Shown here in pieces: positions 20,469 through 29,915 of a stretch of 64,000 bases of DNA. Source of the DNA: a virus; the IMG/VR virus record IMGVR_UViG_3300028558_000018, positions 64,001-128,000 of that record. One strand, written 5' to 3'. The notes under the pieces are model-generated. The model made no database searches. It had not been told where the DNA came from and saw only the letters and a program-made list of their open reading frames with translations. The position numbers and the translations under genes were made by a program. Position 1 is the first letter of the stretch, and each line of letters opens with the position of its first letter.

Positions 20469-21353
20469 AATTTTATCTATTTTAGTATTTACAATTGTTT
20501 TTTGAGAATGTGAAATGAGAATTGCATTATTTTTCGCTGGTAATGAATTATTTAAACTTGCTTTAGCGGCGGCGTCATCAATAATTAATGTATTATTCTC
20601 TACTTTTTTATCTAAAATAACCGCCACGCCTTCTACATCAGCGGCGGGATTTGTTACAAAAGAATAACCACCAATAATAACATCATCCCCAGTGATAACT
20701 CTATAAATTGGCTCGCCATCAACGAATCCGGGGCCACCTTTACATTTTAAAAAGGGTAAATATTTGACCTTTTCTTTTGGGTCGGAAATTATTCTAGCGT
20801 TATTGATAATCTTAGAGCCAATCGCAATATCGAAGTCTTTAAAAAATATTTCCCAAGATAATGAAATTCTACCAAATGTTGGATGCGTAACGTCCGAGGC
20901 ATTGATTAGAACTTGAATTAGCTCTTTTTTAATTGCCTTCCAAACAACTCCGATAAGAGAAAGATTAAAAGTATCTAATTTACCCGCCTCTTCGGGAGTA
21001 ATTAACTCATTGCTACCATAAGCAGATAAGCCGGGGTAAAGTAATGTTCCTATGACAATTTCCTTTTTATGGTCAACATTGATATATTTATTTTTAGTAA
21101 ATGGATAAAGTTCTAGAGCTTTTTCGACGGTGATTGAATCGCCATTAGAATTCGACATACCCGCAACTGCACCATTGGCCGCAAAATATAATAAATCTGG
21201 ATTCTCATCGGGGTCAACGCCTTCTGGAAGCAATGCTTTTAAATCGCTCAAAGAAGCTTTCGCTACCATTTCCTCTTTATCCGTAGGAGTGATAACATTT
21301 GCAAAACATTGGAACCTAGCGGAAAAAGGATATAAAGACGTGTCCAGAGGCAT
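19773..21353 (-). CDS. Prohead protease-scaffold fusion
   Basis: N-terminal herpes/HK97-like protease motifs (NGDSI, INVDH, SLSWE, FVTNPAAD) and a C-terminal acidic coiled coil. Confidence 0.82.
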   Translation of the reverse strand: MPLDTSLYPFSARFQCFANVITPTDKEEMVAKASLSDLKALLPEGVDPDENPDLLYFAANGAVAGMSNSNGDSITVEKALELYPFTKNKYINVDHKKEIVIGTLLYPGLSAYGSNELITPEEAGKLDTFNLSLIGVVWKAIKKELIQVLINASDVTHPTFGRISLSWEIFFKDFDIAIGSKIINNARIISDPKEKVKYLPFLKCKGGPGFVDGEPIYRVITGDDVIIGGYSFVTNPAADVEGVAVILDKKVENNTLIIDDAAAKASLNNSLPAKNNAILISHSQKTIVNTKIDKIMPTILKIEDIAANWDSFKLLEATAAKNEIDELFKSGIRAADEQWRKQLVEKDEALAKVQTESKAALEQVQAVQKQLNETQAKLQDIENEKLNKVKAEVYNERMADIDSEYDLDDDDRQVLASKIKEIKADDESYASFKKEFAVMCKEKSKAYKDEAKKKMKEEFLKEHASALASAEKLNGKTPEQIAEEALASATLENITLTNGLSVNKNVLASMTETFTKGIKIAAPNRK

Positions 21354-21388
21354 AATTAATTATTACCCGAAATTATCTTAATTGGGAA

Positions 21389-23347
21389 TTACTCTTTGAT
21401 TAAACCCTTAGAGTGGAGCATAATCGCCGCATTGTAAGAATCTAAATCAAATTCCTTCGCGATTAATTGAGCCGCGCTAATTACGGATTCGCTCTCGACA
21501 GGCTTTTCGTCATTAATAAACGAAGCGAGAGAAGTTTCCCATTGAGAAATTTCGTTCCCGCTCACAACTTGTTTAGTGATATTAAAAGCTACTTCTTTTT
21601 GCTCTTTATTTAATTTTTTAACGCTATATTTAGTCTTGAGTAATTTTTCCGCTGTAGCAGTTAAATTGCTAGATAATACATAGGTATCTTGAATAGCTTT
21701 TTGAGAATAAATATCACTAGCCTTGCCACTTTTGCTTTTCCCGCTCCCAATAGGTTTAATATTTTTAGTCGTCTGCGGAGCCTTACTTCCATCAGGACGA
21801 CCATCATCTTTTTGACCTCCAATTAACGGCGCGTGTAATCCCTTGTCTTTCAAGTCTTTAAATTTCTCTTGGGATGATTCAACCGTATCAGGATCAGGGA
21901 GCAATCCAGTTTCCAATGTATCAAAAGTTTGCTCTGCGGTAAGTAACCCTAATTGGGCTAATTGAGTGATAACTTTAGCATACTGGATTTCATCTTTAAG
22001 GTCAATTTTTTCAAAAATAGGAATCGGGCAAGATTTAAACCCCATAGCTTCGGCAATATTGCGCATTTCAACCATTAAAAAGTTTCTAAGAAAAGCGTCT
22101 TGCCCCTCTTTAAGCCTTTCGATAAAGACTTTTGTTTTAATAAATTGATTAGCAAATTTTTCACTACCCATCAAAATATTCTGTAAGCCATCTTGGATAT
22201 CCTGATTGACAACCTCATATTTATCTTTACCTAAAATTTCGTGAATATCAGGGGTAATAAATTCTGCTTTAGTTGTATAATCAGAAACAATTACGCGCCC
22301 CGCCGCACGATTTGCGAACAATTCTTGTAATGCTTTGATATTCTGATAGTTAATACCACCCTTTTCTTTTTCCGCGCCCATTGTCACTAATAGAATAACG
22401 TTCTCAATAGTGCGAGTTAACGCCATGTCCATTTTCTTTAATTGCAATTTGTGTTCTATATCGTTCAACACGGGGAATCCCATTGGAACGGCAAAAGGCT
22501 CATAGCTTTGTTTTTTATAAAACACATAAGAAAGTTTTTGCGGGTCGATACTTACATAAATTTCTTTCCACGCCGCGCCAACTGATGCGCGAATATATGA
22601 TTTGGTTTCCTTGTCAAGGGAATCAAATACTGCTTTTTCTTCGCTGGTAACGGGTTGGCGTAAGCGTTCGATTTCAAAGCGCGATAACATTCTTAAATAT
22701 CTACCCGCGTAGCCAATACCACCTTCGATAGCAATGGATGCCGGATTAATGATAATATAACGAAGGGGAATTTTTTCCCTAGAAGCCCCCGCCGCCTGAA
22801 GTTTAATATAGTCGTTTTTGGAAAATTTACCATCAATTTTATAAAGAAAAACATTACCGCTACGATAATATTCACGGAAAAACTCTTCTTTAAGTTGACC
22901 TAAGTTAATCTTTTCATACCACTTATAAAAGAAACTGCGCGAGGCTTCGCTTCCACCGCGCAAATGAATTTTGGCAGTCGAAAACTCTGTCATTACGTCA
23001 ATTGTATTTTTAAACACCGCGACATTGGCATAAGCTTTTTGGCAAAGAGTAATGCACTCGGTAATATTTAAATAGGCATTAGTATTCGCATAAGGAAGCA
23101 CGCCGCCATCTAAATTCGGAAATGCGTTATGAAAAATAGATTGGTCTACGAGAGAACTTTGCTGACGATATGTGCTACTATTGGACGCCTCCCCATACAT
23201 ATAAGAATCGCCGCCGTTGATTTCGTAATCAATTTTATCAGTTACATTAACGACTGGGACGGAAGGATTTCCACCAATAGCTTCTACCTGAGACTGCGCA
23301 GAACGTTGTTGCCAATAAGCGGATTTTTTATTATAAGAGCGGGCCAT
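21389..23347 (-). CDS. Portal protein
   Basis: 652 aa between TerL and protease; motif FFREYYRSGNVFLYK; GRP motif near the C-terminal extension. Confidence 0.88.
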   Translation of the reverse strand: MARSYNKKSAYWQQRSAQSQVEAIGGNPSVPVVNVTDKIDYEINGGDSYMYGEASNSSTYRQQSSLVDQSIFHNAFPNLDGGVLPYANTNAYLNITECITLCQKAYANVAVFKNTIDVMTEFSTAKIHLRGGSEASRSFFYKWYEKINLGQLKEEFFREYYRSGNVFLYKIDGKFSKNDYIKLQAAGASREKIPLRYIIINPASIAIEGGIGYAGRYLRMLSRFEIERLRQPVTSEEKAVFDSLDKETKSYIRASVGAAWKEIYVSIDPQKLSYVFYKKQSYEPFAVPMGFPVLNDIEHKLQLKKMDMALTRTIENVILLVTMGAEKEKGGINYQNIKALQELFANRAAGRVIVSDYTTKAEFITPDIHEILGKDKYEVVNQDIQDGLQNILMGSEKFANQFIKTKVFIERLKEGQDAFLRNFLMVEMRNIAEAMGFKSCPIPIFEKIDLKDEIQYAKVITQLAQLGLLTAEQTFDTLETGLLPDPDTVESSQEKFKDLKDKGLHAPLIGGQKDDGRPDGSKAPQTTKNIKPIGSGKSKSGKASDIYSQKAIQDTYVLSSNLTATAEKLLKTKYSVKKLNKEQKEVAFNITKQVVSGNEISQWETSLASFINDEKPVESESVISAAQLIAKEFDLDSYNAAIMLHSKGLIKE

Positions 23348-23429
23348 AAATGTTAAATTGTGACTTCAAAGTGACTTTACAGAGGAGAAATACCCAACAA
23401 ATTGTGCTTTGTGAAATGCTACTTTTACT

Positions 23430-25298
23430 TTAAACCGCAAAGGGCGTGAATGTAGAAGGAACATCTTCGATTTTAATATCTTGGGATGCGAGGTAGTTCT
23501 TTAGACACCAATTGGCGAGCATGAGAGAGCTAAATGAGTCCTTCCTAGCGCGAGTTGGGGACTTTGAGCGGCGCAAACTTTGGGGAAGGTCAAACGATAA
23601 AATACCGCCAGCGGAAGTGGAAACCTCAATTAGCGCACATTCTTTCTTTGTCAAATCAATAAGAAAATCTTGATTAGATATAAAAGAATCAGCCTGTTCG
23701 TCTTTAAATTCTTTATGTTCTTTTAATATTTCTGGATAATCACCCCTCATAGAGTCAACTACACCGTCAACTGCACATGCTTTCCCCGCAAAAAGAATAC
23801 TAGAATGGTCTAGACAAGATTGTAAATACTCGCAAGACGATCTTTGGAAAGAACTATTAAAGTTTTGCTTTTGAACAATTCTGCCTCCAGTTTTGTTATA
23901 AGAAACCCTAATTTGCCCCGCAACCTCGCTTTGACTGTCTTTGCCGAAATCAGCCTCTATCCCATGAAGCTCTAAATTGGCATTTTTAAATAATTTAGAC
24001 TCATTTGCCGAAGTTGTAAATTCGTTGTTACCCTGCGTAGAGTCTACTCCAATATAAACGATATTAAAATGTGTTAATAAATAGTATAAATACAAAATAT
24101 GGTCTTTTAAGTCACCACCTGCCACAGCATAAGAGTGGACGAGCATACCTATACGCTTACCATCTTTGCGTTCAATGATTTTTAATAAACTCATCGCGAA
24201 ATGGTCACTATGTTCCGCACTTGAAAACGAAGGGTCGATACCCAGAACGTATTCAGCGGTTTTTTCTCCTATAATTTCTATTGTGGGGCGTTGACCGTCT
24301 TTGATAGTGCAAATATCCATTTTTTTTGCACTAAAATAGCCCGCGCTATCACTAACAAATTTTGCGCCATATTCGCGGTCAATAATTGCTTGGGAAAGAT
24401 TCCCACCCTCTACGTCTTTAATTACGCCTTTATCAAGCAAGTCTTCTGGCACGGCCTTATAACTAATTTGAGTGACGCAATAGGAAGCTATTTTAATATC
24501 AGATTCAGTATCTTTATCAATTCTTTCTAGATACTTTTGATATATTTTATATAAATCTTCCCATTGATATGATGCGGAACTCAATAAAATCATTTTTGAA
24601 GCAGATGCGAATACTTCGCGGTCTTCTTCTTTTAACATACCTCTCTTTATCAATTTTTCCTCTAATTCGCGTAATTTTAGTTTTTGTTTAATGTCACCGG
24701 ACGCCACAAGGAAAGGCTTCAAAATAGTTTCAATAATAGCTTCTGAGATAAGAACCGCCTCATCAATAATCAAAACCTGACAGCGCAAACCACGTAAGCC
24801 ATCACCGCCAGAAAGAGGCACAGCGGTCAATGTTGATCCATTATTAAATTCATATTTAAAAATATCGTTACGACGAGATAGCCCGCCTTTAGTGCATTGT
24901 TTAATTAAATAACCTTCTTTACTTTCGATAATTTTTTCAAGATTTTCCAAGATACGTCTACTCGATCTAAAGTTCTGGCTTACAATGAGAACCGCAACTT
25001 TTGGGTTGAATAAACAGTATAAAACCGAGAACCATCCTACGATTGAACTTTTGCCGCCGCCGCGTGACCATATAGCCATGTTATAGTTATGATGGAACCA
25101 ACTACGAAGTAAAATAGCTTGACGAGGGTGGAGTTTAATGCCAAATAAAATCTCAACTGTAAATTGAAGATTATAAGTAAGAAACTTGCCGAGCAGTATT
25201 CGCGCTTGTTCGTCCTCAAGAGTCCCCTTTAAATCAAGAATTTCTTGATTAAAATCACTAAAATTCTTTTCTTGCCATTTTGGTTCAATCCATGCCAT
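23430..25298 (-). CDS. terL: Terminase large subunit
   Basis: Walker A SRGGGKS, LRGLR, Walker B VLIIDEA, RNase H-like VLGIDPS and RKD. Confidence 0.95.
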   Translation of the reverse strand: MAWIEPKWQEKNFSDFNQEILDLKGTLEDEQARILLGKFLTYNLQFTVEILFGIKLHPRQAILLRSWFHHNYNMAIWSRGGGKSSIVGWFSVLYCLFNPKVAVLIVSQNFRSSRRILENLEKIIESKEGYLIKQCTKGGLSRRNDIFKYEFNNGSTLTAVPLSGGDGLRGLRCQVLIIDEAVLISEAIIETILKPFLVASGDIKQKLKLRELEEKLIKRGMLKEEDREVFASASKMILLSSASYQWEDLYKIYQKYLERIDKDTESDIKIASYCVTQISYKAVPEDLLDKGVIKDVEGGNLSQAIIDREYGAKFVSDSAGYFSAKKMDICTIKDGQRPTIEIIGEKTAEYVLGIDPSFSSAEHSDHFAMSLLKIIERKDGKRIGMLVHSYAVAGGDLKDHILYLYYLLTHFNIVYIGVDSTQGNNEFTTSANESKLFKNANLELHGIEADFGKDSQSEVAGQIRVSYNKTGGRIVQKQNFNSSFQRSSCEYLQSCLDHSSILFAGKACAVDGVVDSMRGDYPEILKEHKEFKDEQADSFISNQDFLIDLTKKECALIEVSTSAGGILSFDLPQSLRRSKSPTRARKDSFSSLMLANWCLKNYLASQDIKIEDVPSTFTPFAV

Positions 25299-26088
25299 TT
25301 TTATCCTTTTTGTTTTCTGGTTTCCAGTCTAGTTTATTCCACTTAGCCCTGTTATCTTTTCTCCAAAGCGGTTGTAAATTAGTATAATGAAAACATTTTT
25401 CCCAAGATTCCGGTTTAGAAAAATCAAAAGAATCAATAGGTAAAATATGGTCCAAATTCCACCCGTCCGGTTTATTATTCCAGTTCTCCCAATTCATTCC
25501 GTCCCGCCACCGAGAAGATATATGATCCCTAAAAAATTCGATAGTGCATCCTAATAGTTCTAAAGTTTTCTTAATTTTATATCCTTTTTTAGCAGCGCGA
25601 ACGGTTTCCGATCTAAGAGAATGTATTAATCTATACAGAGGATCGTTTTTTCTTTTTTCTCGCAGTCTATTTCTAGCCTGTTCGTTAAATTTTTCTCTAT
25701 TTTTTAAAATATATGCCTTTCTGCGCTCTTTATTCTTTTTCTGATATTCTTTTGCGTATTCTTTTCTTTTATCCGTCCGTTGATATTTTAGATAATAATC
25801 CTTCAGTTTCTCCGAATTATCTTCTCGCCATTTATCGTGATACGCCTTCATCTTATCCTTGTTTTTGATCTGATATTCGGCATTTTTCTTATTTATCTCC
25901 CTTTTATTGTTAATATAATATCTTTCTCGCGAGGCTTTTACTTTTTCTTTGTTTTCTTCTCCGTATTTTTTAACTCTAATTTTAACACATGCCTTGCATT
26001 TGTTTTGGCGAGTGTAATATTCGCAAATAGGTTTCTTTACTTTGCATTCGGGGCATATTTTTTCTGGCGTTTCGGGTATATTATTCAT
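25285..26088 (-). CDS. HNH-family (endonuclease VII-like) homing endonuclease
   Basis: N-terminal CxxC...CxxC, basic helical repeats, and LGC...MNWEN...WNLDHILP...CFHYTNLQPLW..DN..K. Likely start at the ATGA overlap at 26088. Confidence 0.85.
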   Translation of the reverse strand: MNNIPETPEKICPECKVKKPICEYYTRQNKCKACVKIRVKKYGEENKEKVKASRERYYINNKREINKKNAEYQIKNKDKMKAYHDKWREDNSEKLKDYYLKYQRTDKRKEYAKEYQKKNKERRKAYILKNREKFNEQARNRLREKRKNDPLYRLIHSLRSETVRAAKKGYKIKKTLELLGCTIEFFRDHISSRWRDGMNWENWNNKPDGWNLDHILPIDSFDFSKPESWEKCFHYTNLQPLWRKDNRAKWNKLDWKPENKKDKNGMD

Positions 26089-27017
26089 AATAATTTGCAA
26101 TCTAGATTATATTGAAGATCAAAGTTTTTAACAAATTTACCCATTTGAAAAATCTTCAAAACAATTTCTTCAGCGCGTTCTTTATCTATAAATAAAAATT
26201 GAACATTATTAAACTCTTTGATTATCTCTCTCACATTTCCAAAAACATAATCAGGAGAGACTTTCGCATACCGCGTCTCAAATTGATAATCAAAACCCAA
26301 AGCTTTAGAAAATGGCTTCAGAACAAGCACAACCATATAGTGCCCCGCCTCTTTGCATCGTTCAAATTCACGGCGCAATCTTTGGTAGTCTTTTCCAAAA
26401 GAAGTTACGAAGTCTGAAATTGATTTCTTTTCAATAAATATACCACTATTATATGGTTCGTTTATTGAATAATCACCATATTTTAAAGTTTTTAATTCCG
26501 ATTTTACTTTATTAAATTTGATAATTTGCTGTTCCCTTGTATCAAAATTTACAACAGCTTTATCCAAATTATTATATTCAAATTGCAATTCTTTCGTATA
26601 ATCAAATTGAGCTTTTAATCCCATGTCTTCACAAATTTTGTTATAATCCCCAAATTCTTGAAAAAATTTAATAGTCGGGCATGGCAAAGATTTTAGTTCC
26701 ACCTGATGAAAAGCCTTCCTAACACCCTTTCTCGCGACCCTTTCTTTTAAATAATTTATACCAAATTCCAAGCCTTTCGCCGGATCATTTAGACAATACT
26801 TTTTCATATTGTTTTTGTGGACGAAACAAGTTGAAAAATATTGATTATAATTCTTAAATTCAATTTTCGCCCCCGTTAATAAATCATGGCGCGGATAATA
26901 ATATAGATAATACGCGGCTTGGGTAATTTTTAATTTCCTCAAATGAGAGTTTAGTTCATTTAAATTATTATGAATTGAATTATCTCGTAAACAAACAAAA
27001 TCTTTTGGTGCATTCAT
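26085..27017 (-). CDS. ERCC4/XPF-Mus81-domain nuclease
   Basis: DTREQ...LKYGDYS...IEKKSISDF..SF...RLRREFER is the ERCC4 signature. Likely start is MNAPK at 27017. Confidence 0.82.
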   Translation of the reverse strand: MNAPKDFVCLRDNSIHNNLNELNSHLRKLKITQAAYYLYYYPRHDLLTGAKIEFKNYNQYFSTCFVHKNNMKKYCLNDPAKGLEFGINYLKERVARKGVRKAFHQVELKSLPCPTIKFFQEFGDYNKICEDMGLKAQFDYTKELQFEYNNLDKAVVNFDTREQQIIKFNKVKSELKTLKYGDYSINEPYNSGIFIEKKSISDFVTSFGKDYQRLRREFERCKEAGHYMVVLVLKPFSKALGFDYQFETRYAKVSPDYVFGNVREIIKEFNNVQFLFIDKERAEEIVLKIFQMGKFVKNFDLQYNLDCKLL

Positions 27018-27018
27018 A

Positions 27019-28131
27019 TTAACCAAATTTAGCACGGTTTTTCCCAAATCCGGCGATAAGCCCCACAACGTCATCCATAGAGGCAAGTTCGTCCACTTCA
27101 AGAGCCTCTAATGTTCGTTGCTTTTGGGCGATAACCGCCAATTGTTTCCGTGACTCCTCGTGTTTAAAGGCTTCAAGAAGATGCAACATAGTCGCATTTT
27201 CTTGTTTGCGCTGATCTTGCCGTTCGTTTCTTGCCCCCACCAAACCTTCTTTCAATTTTTCAACGTGCTTTTTAGATTCTTTTAAGCTCTCTCTCATTTT
27301 AGCTACTTGATCTAAATCCGCGTAATTCAATTTTTTCGCCCCTTCCTCGGTAAGATTTTCATGAATTTTATCGTTATAAAGTTGAATCATTCTATCTAGT
27401 TGTGAGCAATTAACAATCTCCGCGCACAAAGAAATGTAGGAGTCTAATTCCTCTGGAAGTAAGTCGGGCTTATCATAAGTAAATGAAATATATTGACTTT
27501 CCATTAATTCCCTGTCAATATCCTTTACGAATCTATTTTGTTGCTGAATATATCTATAACTGCGAATATAGGTTAATAATGCTGTTAAATTCCTTAATTC
27601 GTCCGGCTTGATATTCTCGGCGTCTAAGAATTTTTTATTCTCCTTTTCTTTGCTCATTACGTAAGTATTAACTCTCGGGATAAGCCTCGCAATAGAAGTC
27701 ACAGGCTTATATTCCACATCACTAACGAGTTTATCTTCAGGAGCTATATAACAAGGATTAATTTCCACCAACGCATTGCACACCGCCCGATACTCGTTAC
27801 TAGCGAAAGTAATATTGATATTGGGCCAAATTAATTTCGCCAACTCCAGAGGCTTCGTGTCTGGATTATTTTTAATCAAAGTCCGCGCATCTTTATCAAT
27901 AAAAGGCAACCCCTTGGCATCTTTACTGGTTTTAATTTTCGCATCTGGATCAACATTATCGACTATCCATTTTTTAACCGCCCGCGCCTCGGCATTATGC
28001 CCATTAAGATTTGGATCGTTAAAAACTCGTTGAGTCAACGTTAATAAATCTAACCTATCCCAATGTTCGCGAATAGTTTGCTCTTGTTCGGGAGAGAACT
28101 TAATATGAGCCGATTTACTTGGTGTAGCCAT
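27019..28131 (-). CDS. Hypothetical protein (possible terminase small subunit or packaging factor)
   Basis: 370 aa with an HTH-like N-terminus and a C-terminal coiled coil; upstream of TerL. Confidence 0.4.
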   Translation of the reverse strand: MATPSKSAHIKFSPEQEQTIREHWDRLDLLTLTQRVFNDPNLNGHNAEARAVKKWIVDNVDPDAKIKTSKDAKGLPFIDKDARTLIKNNPDTKPLELAKLIWPNINITFASNEYRAVCNALVEINPCYIAPEDKLVSDVEYKPVTSIARLIPRVNTYVMSKEKENKKFLDAENIKPDELRNLTALLTYIRSYRYIQQQNRFVKDIDRELMESQYISFTYDKPDLLPEELDSYISLCAEIVNCSQLDRMIQLYNDKIHENLTEEGAKKLNYADLDQVAKMRESLKESKKHVEKLKEGLVGARNERQDQRKQENATMLHLLEAFKHEESRKQLAVIAQKQRTLEALEVDELASMDDVVGLIAGFGKNRAKFG

Positions 28132-28133
28132 TT

Positions 28134-28385
28134 TTATTTAATTAAGCCGTGATATCGGGCAGATTTTATAATTTCTGGATGCTCCCACGGCATACAACCG
28201 GAGCTATCATTAATATCGTGCCATTGTTTATCCCCAAAAATCGCAAATGCCTTATATTGGACTTCTCCGCCTCGACGGGAACGTAATAGACAATACCAAT
28301 CCGTTCTATCGGGTCTATATCCCGTTATTTCTTTCCAAACGTAAAAATGGAATTTATCAATAATATATTTCAAACAAAATTTCAT
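28134..28385 (-). CDS. Hypothetical protein
   Basis: 83 aa, tightly packed in the operon. Confidence 0.6.
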   Translation of the reverse strand: MKFCLKYIIDKFHFYVWKEITGYRPDRTDWYCLLRSRRGGEVQYKAFAIFGDKQWHDINDSSGCMPWEHPEIIKSARYHGLIK

Positions 28386-28387
28386 AA

Positions 28388-29065
28388 TTATACTATATCT
28401 TCTTTGGTTAAAATCTTTTTAGCGGCTTCTAAAATAACGTCTTTATAATTCTTGATTTGACGATAGCCGGGTTTTCGCCCTTCTTCATTGGTTTTAAAAT
28501 TCATTTTTTCCGCCACATATTCATCGGTTTGATTTTCAATATATAGCATCTTAAATACTTGATACTGTGAGTGGTTAAGAATCTTTTTAAGTTCAATCTC
28601 CAAAAGCACTTTCGCGCCCTCTATATCAAAGAACTTACTTGAAATATTGCTCACTTCGTCAGTGTGATTCTCAATACTCACCGGAAGTTTAATGTCAAAT
28701 GCATGTTTTTTGCCCTTTGCCCAATTTTTAAACATTGGACACTCACTACATTGTTGATGAGAAGGAGTAAAACGACAAAACGTATCACCTTCATTGCCCG
28801 CGCACTTTACACAAGGTTTGGTTAAATTGGCATAAGAATCTCGAATGATATTGATCAGCGCCCGCGTAATTACTCTATTAACCCAAGGCGCGAAATCTCT
28901 TTGTTGGTCCCATTTAGAGAATTTTTTCCAAATATGGAGCCTAAGAGACTGCGAAACATCCTCAAATTCCAAATGGGTATATTTCCATTTATTGCGCCGC
29001 TTTCTTATTTCTCCATCGATGATTTTAGATAAGTCTTCATAGCGTTTGGGTAAAATGATTTCCAT
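28388..29065 (-). CDS. Phage RNA polymerase sigma factor (sigma-70/ECF-like, with Cys4 insertion)
   Basis: Region 2 EDVSQSLRLHIWKK...FAPWVNRVITRALINIIRD; region 4 LNHSQYQVFKMLY...YVAEKM; CxxC...CxxC insert. Confidence 0.85.
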   Translation of the reverse strand: MEIILPKRYEDLSKIIDGEIRKRRNKWKYTHLEFEDVSQSLRLHIWKKFSKWDQQRDFAPWVNRVITRALINIIRDSYANLTKPCVKCAGNEGDTFCRFTPSHQQCSECPMFKNWAKGKKHAFDIKLPVSIENHTDEVSNISSKFFDIEGAKVLLEIELKKILNHSQYQVFKMLYIENQTDEYVAEKMNFKTNEEGRKPGYRQIKNYKDVILEAAKKILTKEDIV

Positions 29066-29071
29066 ATAATA

Positions 29072-29542
29072 TTATTCGCCAACATCCGTTGCGATTTGTT
29101 TTCTCATACTTTGTTGAGCGTCGGCGAGAATTTTTTGCACGTCAAATTGCCCACCATTAGAACGTTCGCCCGCTTCTCTATCAACTGGCGCGGTTGCTAA
29201 TTCTTCAAACTTCATCTTGCGAGAGCTACCTTGAATTGATGCTTTGATTTCGAAAACTTCTGGCACAACATAATCTTCATTTTCAATTGGTTCGCCAAAT
29301 TCATCAAACATGGGGCGGCGAGTTCTCGGTTGCTGATAATATTGCGGGACAGACTTCGCTCTGGGGGTCTGTGTTTGGGGCTGAAAAACTTGGGCGGGGG
29401 CATTTGGCGTAATGATTTTCGCCGCGACACCTTTAAATGCCGAATCAAAAGGTTCGCCGCAGTGAGAACAGAATTTGGGTTTCATCCCTTCATAAGAAGT
29501 CGCCTTGGCGCAAGAAGAATTAGAACAGAATAGCTTAGACAT
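29072..29542 (-). CDS. Zinc-ribbon protein
   Basis: CSNSSC...KPKFCSHCG at the N-terminus. Confidence 0.7.
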   Translation of the reverse strand: MSKLFCSNSSCAKATSYEGMKPKFCSHCGEPFDSAFKGVAAKIITPNAPAQVFQPQTQTPRAKSVPQYYQQPRTRRPMFDEFGEPIENEDYVVPEVFEIKASIQGSSRKMKFEELATAPVDREAGERSNGGQFDVQKILADAQQSMRKQIATDVGE

Positions 29543-29562
29543 AATAGAATTGGTTATAAACT

Positions 29563-29591
29563 ATGTTATAGAAATTTCATATAAGCGTCAA
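29563..29591 (-). promoter_or_regulatory. Sigma70-type promoter for the Zn-ribbon/sigma/packaging operon
   Basis: TTGACG-N17-TAACAT just after a terminator. Confidence 0.6.
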
Positions 29592-29602
29592 AATTAAACG
29601 CG

Positions 29603-29634
29603 AAAAAGGTGTAGCCCAATAATAGAGCTACACC
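29603..29634 (-). terminator. Rho-independent terminator
   Basis: Minus strand GGTGTAGCTC-tattatt-GGGCTACACC followed by TTTTT. Confidence 0.8.
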
Positions 29635-29670
29635 AATTTTGATATAGTGTGAAACTTAACTACTTGATAA

Positions 29671-29844
29671 TTAGAGCTTTTTTACGCCGTCTGAGACAGA
29701 TTTGGCGGCGGAAACCACCGAGCTAGTGACAGATTTTGCGGCGTCTAGCCCCGCGTTGATGCGTTTGGCATTTTTCTTTTCAACGAGAATACCAGCAGCG
29801 AAAGCGGTAGCGAGGGCGAGAACTGAGATAATGAATAGAGTCAT
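29671..29844 (-). CDS. Small single-TM membrane protein (57 aa), possible lysis protein
   Basis: Not in the ORF track. MTLFIISVLALATAFAAGILVEKKNAKRINAGLDAAKSVTSSVVSAAKSVSDGVKKL; has its own late promoter and terminator. Confidence 0.75.
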   Translation of the reverse strand: MTLFIISVLALATAFAAGILVEKKNAKRINAGLDAAKSVTSSVVSAAKSVSDGVKKL

Positions 29845-29915
29845 AGTAATATTGAGTTAAGGTTAAAATGAGATAACCACGATGAAGCTCATTGTGAAAT
29901 GTGACAAAATTGTAA

